A stretch of 62,616 nt of DNA, filler included. It is 19 parts of 19 records of this genome, joined end to end, with 100 filler letters (N's around TTAATTAATTAA, not from the genome) between each part and the next. Parts side by side here need not be neighbours in the genome. Positions count along the whole stretch, not along the records: positions 42,250 to 45,175 come from SRR36015646_56951; positions 45,276 to 47,380 come from SRR36015646_57013; positions 47,481 to 49,508 come from SRR36015646_57167; positions 49,609 to 51,920 come from SRR36015646_57187; positions 52,021 to 54,167 come from SRR36015646_58684; positions 54,268 to 56,427 come from SRR36015646_59443; 13 more parts are not named here. The stretch is one strand, 5' to 3'. The translations under genes and the position numbers were made by a program. Shown here piece by piece: positions 43,330 through 54,334 of this stretch; position 1 is the first letter of the stretch; the number at the start of each line of letters is the position of its first letter. Under the pieces are notes generated by a model. That model made no database searches. It saw nothing but the letters and a program-made list of their open reading frames with translations, and had not been told where the DNA came from.

Positions 43330-46300
43330 TATGCTTATTTTTTGTGGACATTGTTATTATCTGGAGACGTTGCACTTGGCACAGTAGTTGCCTTTAAACA
43401 TGATCCAAATGGTAATATCAAATATGTGTTAGTTAAGTTTGATGATGACCAAACTGGCAAGGAAAGAAGAAAAGAACTAAACTTGGACAAAGAGTATCCT
43501 GGAAAAAATGTAACACCAATAGCAATGCTTGAATTTGACTTTACTCTGAGAGAGAACAGTGCGGCCAAAGCAACTGCAATAAATTTCCCTCTTCGACTAG
43601 CATATGCTACAACAGCTCACAAAATTCAAGGACACACTGTGAAGAAGCCAGACACTCTAATATTAGACCTGAAGTGCTGGCTAGAACCTGCCATGGTTTA
43701 TGTGATGTTGAGCAGAGTGCAGTGCCTTAATCAACTGTTCATACTAGAAACTCTGCCGGAAGAAAAGATAAAACCATTCGCAGAAGCAGTGAATGAATTA
43801 GATAGATTAAACTTGTTGGATATAAGCAAAGCAAAGGAAATACACTCTGGTTTTAAAATTGCTTCACTGAACATCAGATCTATCAAAGCTCATATGGATG
43901 ATATCAAGGCTGACAGGGAGCTTATTTCATCTGATGTAATCTGCCTCCAGGAGACTTGGCTAACGGAAAATGAAGCGTCTCTAGAAAAACTCAAAATAGA
44001 TGGAATGGAAAGTGTCTTCACATGTTTCGGAAAAGGAAAAGGTACTGCTACTTACTTTCCACCTACCTTTACACTGACTGAATCCGTAAAGGATGAATTT
44101 TTTCAACTGACCATGGTAACATCGAGTAATCTGTCGATAATCAACATCTATCAGTCAAGAAAATTAGGTAATTCCGTGCTTAGCCATCTTAGACAATTAG
44201 TCAGTTGTACGGAGAAGTCAATTGTTATTTGTGGAGACCTCAACTTCTGTCAAAGGGACGACAAAAATAATGCATTTGCCAAACTTATGAAGGAAGAAAA
44301 GTTTGTTGCAGCAATAGTACCCCCTGCAGCCACACACATTGATGGAAGATGCTTGGATCAAGTATACGTGCGTTGCCAACCAGATGTGAAGTTGATTAAG
44401 AATGAAATCATACCTTGTTATTTTTCTGATCATGATCAAGTGTACACATACCTGCAGCATACATAGTTTTGCTGTTAGGTTGAAAAATTTCAGTAATCTG
44501 ACAAATAATTTCTATCCGACTTTGTATGCCATAATATGGTTTCTTTTCGCGTTTTTTTTGTGAAAGTCATGCTGACTAAATTTCATGATTAACTATTTCT
44601 ATCCCACATGTTTTCATTTTGTGTTTTTATGAGAGATGTTTCCTTCATCATTTTCATACTTGTGGAGCATATAGTTGCGATCAAAATATTAAACAGTTGA
44701 TTGAGTATATAGTGGACATTTTGCTGAAGGTTGCTCCAACTGACATCTAATTTGCATTCAATTGTTTGAGATTATGTAAAAATAGTTATGTTTTATTTTC
44801 CTTCATTACAGAACATACTGGACTCCAACATCCCCAGTTATTTTCGTCGTTTACTGTGTTTGTTTGTTAGATTAGTGCATGCGACATACGAGTTGATTTT
44901 AATTAATGTTATGCAGCTATTCTACAACATACACACTATAATTATATTGTACTTTGTTTCCTCCCGAAATATATATCAATACATTGTGATTGTTTTTATT
45001 AGCTCGCCTTATTATTTTTGTATGTTCTCATGGTATACGTCTTCAGTAGTTTCATGACGTGAAATGGCCATGGAACAAAATCTTTGCAGTTGTGAACTGT
45101 TTTTCTGCTAAATGAGTGCAAGGCAACAGAACTTTGCACTTTGTACTCCATGGTTTTTGCCTCCATCGGACCTCTNNNNNNNNNNNNNNNNNNNNNNNNN
45201 NNNNNNNNNNNNNNNNNNNTTAATTAATTAANNNNNNNNNNNNNNNNNNNNNNNNNNNNNNNNNNNNNNNNNNNNTTTCTATCTAGTGTAGTTTAGGCTG
45301 TAGGGGGAGGGGACGGTTATCGTGTATCACCCGGAACACCAACGTAGAGGTTGCACTTGAATCTAGAAATTACCACAAGATTGAGGACAAACTGTAAATC
45401 TGACTTCTAGTATCTGTACATTTGGCAAATATTCTCGGATTAGAGAATATCTAACTAACAAATGGTGTGTAACATCATTGTGCCGTGAATACAAATGGTG
45501 CTGAACATTTTTAAATTCACATCTACCATTTTAGCCAAAATTACTTTACTACCTAGTGAGATTTCTATTCAACATAAAATATGCAGCATTCGTACGACGT
45601 TAAAATACCAGACTGTACAATTTAGGCAATACCCTTCGACCCATTATATAAAACCACTACAGTATGCCGGCCCCCACATGATTGCTGTGATTCAATGCCA
45701 CAATTATATAGTATGTACATTTTTATATATACACTAGGTTTACATGATTGTTACCATGGGGGAAGCATGGATAGAACAGATGTACTCAATAAAACACTGA
45801 CCTAGCTACGTTTTTATGTCATATATTCACATCTGTACATTACTGAAAAACTGATTATTATTGCTCGTTCTGACAATACCATATTCCCTACGGGTACGGT
45901 AGTAAAAATGGTGGCTAAGCTGCTACACCAGTACGTAGTAGATTTGTGACTAGTTCTTCAAAAGGCATATAATAATCAGACATGTTCAACTCATGGAAGA
46001 TATAGATTTAGTGGGTTTCCTGAGCACTGCAAGCCTCATACTTTAAATCTAAAAAAAATTACCCTGTATTTTCTGCTTTGTCATTCACAGCCATTTAGTA
46101 AATAACAGAGAATGTTTCAGATTACTTAACTGAACAACCTTTAACACTAATTAATAGACAAACTTAATAGAGCCACTTAGCGCAAGAGCGGTTTTTCTAG
46201 TTTTCGATAAAATTTAGTTAAAGTTCAAATGTTACTCCGAAGTCTATGTACGCAATAAAGTAATATACTACGCACCTGTCTATACGTAAGAAGAATACCT

Positions 46301-46979
46301 TTGTTACGTTTAAGAGCCCCAACATGTAATAAAAAATTCATCCTCAAACCGCTCATTAATTTTCGTAAAAACCTGCATATAATTTCCCATAAGAATCTTT
46401 TTATATGCATTTAATATTAATGCAATAATGGTCCAACTAGCAATTCAATACAAAATTACATTAAAATCACGTAGCTCACTATTGCATTAAACAGACTATA
46501 AAACTTTTAGCCCTCTGTCCGTGTGAAAATACAACACAGTATACCTTATAACTCTCTTGCATTAAACAGATTAACTCTTCGGGTAACAATTTCTGCACAA
46601 AACTCTAAATTTTCAAAAACGTCACTTGGGCTACTCTTGCACTGAGGGGCTCATATATTCGGCACAAAAAACTTGCAGTTAAAATTCAAATTAGGATTGG
46701 CACATTGTTTTATGTCGATATTTCGTTTCATGAATATTGAATCAACACGACTGGATTGCTACCTATTTTTCATAAATTGTAATGCGAAATACGAACAGAA
46801 ACCTAGCTGTGTGCAATAACTAACATGTAGCAGAAATATATTTGACGATTTATCAATCAAAACACTTTATTACAATTTACTTCGTAAGGCTTGGAACGAA
46901 CATTCACTCTTATCGAGTGTACTCCTTGCCATCCTAGTACTATATCTAAACGTTCAAAGCATGAACAAGCTTTGAAAAG

Positions 46980-47211
46980 CGAACCTGTCAGAATCGGAGG
47001 AAAGCCCCTGCTACTCCTGCCAGACAAAACGACTCACACCTAGAGCGGGCCACTGGATCACAGTGAGTTATATGGGGCTGAATCTAAACCCACTAGTCAG
47101 TGCCTCGCATGTGAAATCCATTCCAGTGCGATGTATTCAGCCCTGGCCTGATTTGAACACGGGGAACTCTGCATTGATAAGCGAGTACTTAGATGACAAT
47201 GCTAACAACTC
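46980..47211 (-). mobile_element. Possible degenerate tRNA-derived SINE
   Basis: The minus strand reads GTTAGCATTGTCATCTAAGTACTCGCTTATCAATGCAGAGTTCCCCGTGTTCAAATC, resembling a tRNA-Asp/Gly/Glu-type head with B box GTTCAAATC (47158-47150). It is followed by a GC-richer body with the inverted repeat GGGCTGAAT/ATTCAGCCC. Confidence 0.4.
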
Positions 47212-47480
47212 ATCGAGGCAGAGTTAAATTACTGGCACAGATGTCAGCATTGCATTTTTGATCTTTGAACTAAATCTATTAACCTTATTTTACACGGCCT
47301 AATTTTTTGGTACATTTTACGCGGGGTGGGATCTATATGACCCCCTATAGAAATCTCATACAGAGTGCAGTAAACTAAAANNNNNNNNNNNNNNNNNNNN
47401 NNNNNNNNNNNNNNNNNNNNNNNNTTAATTAATTAANNNNNNNNNNNNNNNNNNNNNNNNNNNNNNNNNNNNNNNNNNNN

Positions 47481-47507
47481 TATTATTATTATTATTATTA
47501 TTATTAT
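47481..47507. repeat. (TAT)n microsatellite at contig edge
   Basis: Direct reading of the sequence. Confidence 0.95.
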
Positions 47508-47743
47508 GTGACCGGTGAGTTCAAATTAAATGAAAATAATAAAGCTAGATATACTAAAGGTACGAGATTGCCTATTGCAACCTTTCTACGAAATTTTGAG
47601 TAACTCTGTTTTCCATTTTACTCAGAAAGTTAACATAAAGGAATCAATAGTTTCCTCATACTTCAGGTAAAGTTAAACATCCTAGGCCTAATGTTTTGAG
47701 TTTAACTCATAAGTTGTTGTTTTCTTTTCGCTCAACTGACATC

Positions 47744-49508
47744 TTACTCAAGAGGAAACAGTTTGCCATTTTTAAGGCAACTTAAAAGTTTGTAAGAATT
47801 GCTGCCTCGCTTCGTTAGGCTATCAGCTAACTGATATTCAGCGGGTATCCATCTGACGTTTATGTTCTCCTCTTGGATTAGGCGTTGTATTTCTGCCACA
47901 TCAATGCGCAGGCGTTTCTCGGTTGATTGTTTGTAGGATTGAATATGACTTATCAGTGACTTGTTATCCGAGTATGCCATTATTGGCATTGCAGAGCTTC
48001 TTTCTCCATTGTATATTTCCGACAGCAGACTTCTGACGTAAACGGCATTATCTAGGGCATCTCTCATTGCTAGTGTTTCGGCTCCAAGGGTGCTTGCCAC
48101 TTTTCGTTTTATTTTTGTCGAAGACCATGTCAATGGGGAGCATGCATCACCGTCTCCCTTCAAGAAGATAATATGTCCTTGGCCGCTTGAACACCCATCA
48201 GGAAGATTTGCCCATGCGGCATCTGCATATACTTCCAAGCTCAATGAATCCTTGTCGCATAGTTTTTGGTATCTGTTAGTTACAGAAGACGAGCGCCTCA
48301 GGTTTTTTATGGTTTTGTTGGCTCTTGACCGCAGTTCGTTGTTTGGCTTGTTTTTCATCATGCTCAGTTCGAGCGAGTCGTAACTAGCATCGGGTCGTGT
48401 TTGGGATGCTACCCAACTGACTTTGCCGGCCACAGTTTTAATTTCTCGTGCTTCCTCATTTGTCAGTTCTTCTCTACCGCCATGTGATACCTTTATCTCT
48501 GTCAATTCATCAATGTAGTCATCCTGACTCACTGTTATTCCTTTTCTTGATTTGTTGATCTTTAGCCCGACATACTTGAAGTTGTTTCTATGGCGCTTCC
48601 CTATCTTGAACACCTTGCACAGTTCAGTGACACTGTTGTCGATGAAATCATCATCCCCAGTAACAAAAAAATCGTCGACATGTAATACTATGATACCGTT
48701 CAGCTTCCCGTTAACATGTCGTGTGAATAATGCTTTGTCTAAAAGAGACTGTTTGAACCCAATCTTGGTCAATTTTTCGTGCACACTCAAGAACCAAGCC
48801 CTGGCTCCATCGTACAAACCGTATACAGTCTTCCGTAGCCGCCATATTTTACCAACTGTGTTAGCTTCTTTTGGTGGGATCACATACACTGCTCTCTCTA
48901 TCTGTTTTCCTTGTAGAAATGCTGCCTTTACATCCAATGCTTCCACGTTCCATTCTTCATTTGCGGCAACAGCGAAGACTATTTTTAGCGTGGTTTTTCC
49001 TGCTGTCGGAGACTCCGACTCAATTTCGCCTTGCTCTTGAAAGCCGCGTACAACAAGTCGGGCCTTCGTCATTTCTCCATTGTCAGTTTTCTTATTCGTT
49101 ACCACCCATCTAGTAGTAATTGCCTTTTGGCCGGTGTCATCGACCTCGTCATATACTTCTTCCGCTATCCAGTTCGCCAATTCTGTTTTCATGGCATCTA
49201 GCACATCTCGATCTGCCACTTTAGATACATTTACCTCTTCCTCATTGTTTTCGTTGTCCTCAATTGCCTCATCCTCGTTATTTTCTTCATCATCAATTAC
49301 TCTTTCATACTCCATCTTGTCTAAATGTACTCCGAATTTTCTGTTGCCATTCTCATCTTCGACGTTGTAATAAAGTTTGTTTTTCCCACGGCTTTTTCCT
49401 CCTTTTCCGAGTATTTTGACATGTTTCCATTCCTGCTCCCTGTTTTCTCTGAACCGGATTTTTTCTCCAGCCCTTGGCATGACTTCTGGATTTTCAAATT
49501 CTTCTCTG
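47744..49508 (-). CDS. pol: Ty1/Copia pol C-terminal part (RT + RNase H), GalEa-like
   Basis: Motifs KARLVVRGFQE, LDVKAAFLQG, VYGLYD, LHVDD, YADAAWAN, TLGAET, SDNKSL, EKRLRIDVA and QLADSLTK. RT-RH at the C-terminus is the copia order. Confidence 0.93.
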
Positions 49509-49610
49509 NNNNNNNNNNNNNNNNNNNNNNNNNNNNNNNNNNNNNNNNNNNNTTAATTAATTAANNNNNNNNNNNNNNNNNNNNNNNNNNNNNNNNNNNN
49601 NNNNNNNNTA

Positions 49611-51920
49611 TCCAATAAGGCTTATCCAAAGGGTGTAATCACTGGGCTGAGTCAATCCACCACGACTAACAAAACTAATGAAGTCTTGTCCAACATCTTG
49701 ATTGTCACCAGCTAATATCTTTACAGGGGTTTCACTTTTTAGCACTTCGCCACAATCTTTACATTTTCTTTCATTTGTCATCGTTCTCGCTATACACCCC
49801 CCTATGAATCTAACAGCTTCGGTTTCCTCCAAAGCAATGTTACTTGTATCCACAAGAATGTCACCTACACTATTGCACAATATCTCTTCCTGGGATGTGT
49901 CAACATTATCATAAGCCTCCGATTCTAGCGACAAAAGTTTCTGCAAGCTGTGCACATTCAGCCCAGTATGTTTCAATAAGGACAGAACGCGTATTTTTTT
50001 CTCACCCTGGAGAAGCTGTTGCACTGATATCAGATAATTTGCCCCTGATAGTTGCCGGTACCAGCTAAACCGTCTCTCAATCGGGTCGCTTTGTAGTTTG
50101 CCCAGTAGCACATATTTGAATCCGCATTTTGTTAGAAGATGTCGTGCTAGTAGTGGTAAGACTGTACATGTTTGTGTAACAGCAGCAAACGTTTCATTGC
50201 TCAAGCCGCTACCAGGATACAAATTCTTCCAAGCGGTCAGGAATTTGACAAACTGTTCTAGCCAAACAAGCTTCGCGTCGTCTATAGATGTCACTGGCTC
50301 CATGTCGACACTACGTTTATGTGTGCCCTTGTGTGGTGTTTTCACGTTCATTATGTCCCATGACTTTATGACAATGGACAGAAATTCGGCCGTGGCTTGA
50401 TATCCTGGTTTGTTATAAAATTCAAGTGCATTTCGTGTGCTCTCACTGAATACAGCCAAGGACAGTTTTGTATTGGTCCTCTCGAGATTGCCTGGGTTCA
50501 GCACTTTTCGTGTCAGCTTCGGAGCCAACTTAACTGCATTGTGTTCTTCTGATTCAAAAAGTTGCACAATATTGTTAAAGTTTGCCATGTAACCCGTTTG
50601 CTGGGTAGTTGATTGTCCATCGAATGGCGGGTAGCAGAAAAACTTATACTTTTGAAAGTTATTGTAGATATTCTTCATGTTGTGAACGGGGTCGAACAAC
50701 AGAAATAATGGCTCAGTTGGTGCCACGGGGTTTGGTACACATGGCTTCATAGGTGACTTATCTTCACCACTCAATCTTGAATATAAGGCGCGATTTACTG
50801 GGTGGTTGTCTACGCTTGTGCCTACAACACACACATTAATAGAACTGTTCTTTAACAGTGACAAAACTTTGACTGTGTACTCGTACAACAAATTCTTGTT
50901 TAATGTAACTACTGGGTATAATGATACCATGTCTCTATAGGAGCTGGATACTGATTGTATGAGAAAGGAAACAACTGTTTTGGCCGCATTGTCACTACTT
51001 GCCGCCAATCCGTAAATTTTCCCTGCGGAGTATTCTAGTTTTTTGGTAACATATATCTCGTCGATAAGCAACAAACAATTCTTTTCATAGTCCGACAAGT
51101 CCCGAGTCCTCATTGCTAAATAACTGACAATGCTGCTACCGCCACTTTCGGTCTCTACATTAATACCAGCAGAGTATTTGCGTAATAGACTTGTGGATGG
51201 CAGAATGAACAGACTCCTTAATATTTCGTATAGTTTAGGCGAGTACATATGCCAAATAAAACTAGTAGTAAGGGCTTCAGGTGAATATATACGGGCATGT
51301 TTATTCTTTTGGCTCAAGTCCAACTGTTCATACAGAAACCTGTATAATTCATTTTTTGAGTCTTCGACGCAGTCATTGTCGAGCAACTGTTTTAAACAAG
51401 ACAAAGCTTGCTGTATGCATGACTCATATAATGCTGTCGGTCCACACTCATAAATAGTTTTTACACGAGCTAGAATATTTTCTAGTTGTGTCAGCGAATG
51501 CACGGTGCCTTCAAAACACTCAATATCCCTCTGAACGGAAATCCCTTTTACTGTAGCATAAACACGTAAATCTTTATCTAGAACTACACTAGCTTCAACT
51601 TTTAAATTAATGTTTCCATCTGATAATTTATAAAAAACAATACGAGTGTCGCCAGGCATTGTGTTCAAATCTAAGTTCACTGCGAAAAAGTCAAATGTCC
51701 TAATCAAGGAGACTTTACATGCTACTTCATCAAAGCTTGTAATCCTATCAGAAGCCAAAAAATCACTTTCTTTTTCTTTCATACATGCATCTTCTTTTCG
51801 GCGTCTAGATTCTGCACTTGCACTATCACACCTATTGTGTTCTTTTGGTTTGCTCAAATAAACAGGGCAGTTTGGAAACACAGATGGTACTGCTGTTTTC
51901 TTCAGGTAACGTTTTAATAA
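49611..51920 (-). CDS. P-element-superfamily (THAP9-like) transposase, both ends truncated
   Basis: THAP AVP box (LKKTAVPSVFP) at the contig edge; YEILR...LPS, LLIDEIYV, SVDNH, FDPVHNMKNIYNN and LQSDPIERRFSWYRQLSG. Confidence 0.92.
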
Positions 51921-52121
51921 NNNNNNNNNNNNNNNNNNNNNNNNNNNNNNNNNNNNNNNNNNNNTTAATTAATTAANNNNNNNNNNNNNNNNNNNNNNNN
52001 NNNNNNNNNNNNNNNNNNNNTTTTTTTCCAGGAGCGATGCTCTTTTGTTTAACGAAGTGATGCTGTGTTGTTGAACGTTGAACGCCACCTGTTGTCATCA
52101 GACGTAGCTTCATATACGACA

Positions 52122-53069
52122 ATGGACGAAGAAAGTGATTCTAGTTGTGTTGCTAAGAAAAGAAACTTGTCTGACGATATTGAGCAACAAGCGGGTGCAA
52201 ACAAGAAGAACAATGATGGTACTTTCTGTGCTCTCCCTGGTTTAGGCGATGAGGATTTCGAGGAGTGTGACAACAGCCAACCAACTGTACAAGTGCAACA
52301 TAATGACATCTTGTCACAGGCGTGCACCACCGCGGGTCTGCCTGTCATCCCACCGACGGGCGCTACGGTTACAAATGAAAGGATTCTAGAGGTGCTTCTA
52401 GATATGAAAAGCAGTGTAGATCACAAGCTTGGTTTAGTGGAGCGCAGGCTAAAAATTTTCGAAACAAACTTTGAATTAATGGAACGCCGCATGCAAAATC
52501 TTGAGAGTGAGACTGACACCCAGAGGAAAGAGAGGGAGCGGCTGAAATCAGATGTTTCTGAAATGCAGGCTAGTTATGCTACGGTGGCCGCCGACTTAGC
52601 TGATGTGAAAAGCTCTACTTTGGAGGTGAAGGACAAGCTACAGAACACAGATAATTTGAGTTTGGGTTTGATTATCTCGAATTTACCACAGACTGATGCA
52701 GAGAACACTGTTGACGTTGTGAATGCACTTGTCAAAAATGGGCTTAAGTTACAAGATGTCAAGATAATTAAAGCTGAGCGCCTGTTCTCCAATGTCAATG
52801 AGCGTAGAAAGAAGAGACCACCCATCATAAAAGTGACATGTCAGTCTAAAGATGACAGAAGCAAAATACTGCGAGCTAAAAAACAATTACGTGACCAGGC
52901 TCAATACAAAAAAGTGTTTATAGACGTAATGAAAACAGTGGAACAGCAAATCCACGATGCAAACATGCGCGCAATAGTTAAACAGTGCGCAAATGATTCA
53001 TTGACTGTTCGAAATGGAAAAGTTCTCTCAAAGACAGATATAACGCATTCTCGGGATACAAGAAGATAG
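52122..53069 (+). CDS. Non-LTR (CR1/L2-like) ORF1: coiled coil + RRM-like C-terminal region
   Basis: Heptad-like region followed by LIISNLP...AERL...PPIIKV...ILRAKKQLR...VFID; lies immediately upstream of an endonuclease frame. ATG at 52122. Confidence 0.8.
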   Translation: MDEESDSSCVAKKRNLSDDIEQQAGANKKNNDGTFCALPGLGDEDFEECDNSQPTVQVQHNDILSQACTTAGLPVIPPTGATVTNERILEVLLDMKSSVDHKLGLVERRLKIFETNFELMERRMQNLESETDTQRKERERLKSDVSEMQASYATVAADLADVKSSTLEVKDKLQNTDNLSLGLIISNLPQTDAENTVDVVNALVKNGLKLQDVKIIKAERLFSNVNERRKKRPPIIKVTCQSKDDRSKILRAKKQLRDQAQYKKVFIDVMKTVEQQIHDANMRAIVKQCANDSLTVRNGKVLSKTDITHSRDTRR

Positions 53070-54167
53070 GTAAACGTCGGGTTCTGGAATCTAAATGGCA
53101 TTTCCACACATCGTAACACAGACAGCTGGAAATTCCGACAGCAATCAATAGTGCAGTACAGTGGCTGTGATATTATTTGTGTAGCAGAGACTCACTTGCG
53201 AGATAAAGATGTTATTCAAATAGACAATTATACTTGGTTTGGGCACAACAGAAGAGAAATTCATGTGAATGCCCGTCGTGGATCCGGTGGAGTTGGAGTT
53301 TTAGTCCATAATCGTCTCCGTGCATCATACATATTGAGTATTTTGGATAGCTCAACCGAAGGTATACTGTGGATTAAGTTTACGTCAAGTGCCAACCGTA
53401 TAAACTGCTTTTTAGTGTGCGTATGTTATTTACCGCCCCAAGAATCAAGCAGGTGCATCGGGAGTAGTACTTTCTTTGATACATTGTTGTCTCAGGTGCA
53501 CAGTTATCAACATTTAGGACCATTCCAAATATGCGGGGACATGAACGCACGATGTGCCGAGGAGCAGGATTTCATAGAAGGAGTCGACTCCATCGTTTTT
53601 CGAGACGTCATCGACGATTACGGGCCCAATAACCACGGCCAGGAATTTGTACAGTTTTTAATAGATAGTAGCTGTTGCATGTTGAACGGACGATCGCCGC
53701 AATGTGTTAAAAATGACTTCACGTGTATATCCGTACGTGGCAGATCTGTTGTTGACTATTGCTGTGTACCTTCAGAACAGCTAAACAGGTATAAAGATTT
53801 TAAAGTGTTAACGGTGTCCGAAATTGTCGACGAAATAGGTTGGCAGCATGGAGCCAGACAGTTACCAGACCATTCATTTCTTATGTGGGAGTTCGAACCA
53901 AATGACAGTGACATGGACAGTGAACAATTGGCAGATCTTAGTTACTCCGAGTCTGAAAAAATAACCCTGTTTCGGCGAAATAATGTACCTGATGGCTTCC
54001 TGGGCAACGAATCTCTACTTGAACACCTCATGGCGAAAATCGAAACGTTGGAAATGGAGGACAACACTCAAACCGACATAAATACATTGTTTTCAGATTT
54101 TTGTGTGGTTGTCAAAAGTGAAATGACAGACAAACTAGAAAGCTTCAAAGTAGATCCGACACCACAC
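53070..54167 (+). CDS. Non-LTR ORF2 APE endonuclease (no AUG start; 3' truncated)
   Basis: VNVGFWNLNG begins right after the ORF1 TAG, followed by DIICVAETHL, SGGVG, CYLPP, GDMNAR, SVVDY and PDH. Confidence 0.9.
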
Positions 54168-54267
54168 NNNNNNNNNNNNNNNNNNNNNNNNNNNNNNNNN
54201 NNNNNNNNNNNTTAATTAATTAANNNNNNNNNNNNNNNNNNNNNNNNNNNNNNNNNNNNNNNNNNNN

Positions 54268-54334
54268 CTAAATTTGTAAAGAAAGAGTTCTGCAGAACGA
54301 CACCCGGCTCCGAAGAGCCGGGCACAGAATCTAG
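54268..54334 (+). mobile_element. Helitron 3' terminus
   Basis: GC-rich hairpin CCCGGCTC-CGAA-GAGCCGGG (54303-54322), an 8-nt spacer, CTAG (54331-54334) and then a host T. Confidence 0.8.

Larger units (their letters stand above)
42958..44466 (+). pseudogene. Internally deleted Helentron-like ORF: 2A-like leader fused to a PIF1 helicase C-terminus and APE endonuclease
   Basis: ORFs 42958..43275 and 43327..44466 are one frame split by a single TGA (43273). Helicase motifs FPLRLAYATTAHKIQG and YVMLSRV; endonuclease motifs SLNIRS, CLQETW, GDLN, LDQVY and SDH. No Rep domain or Walker A motif. Confidence 0.8.
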
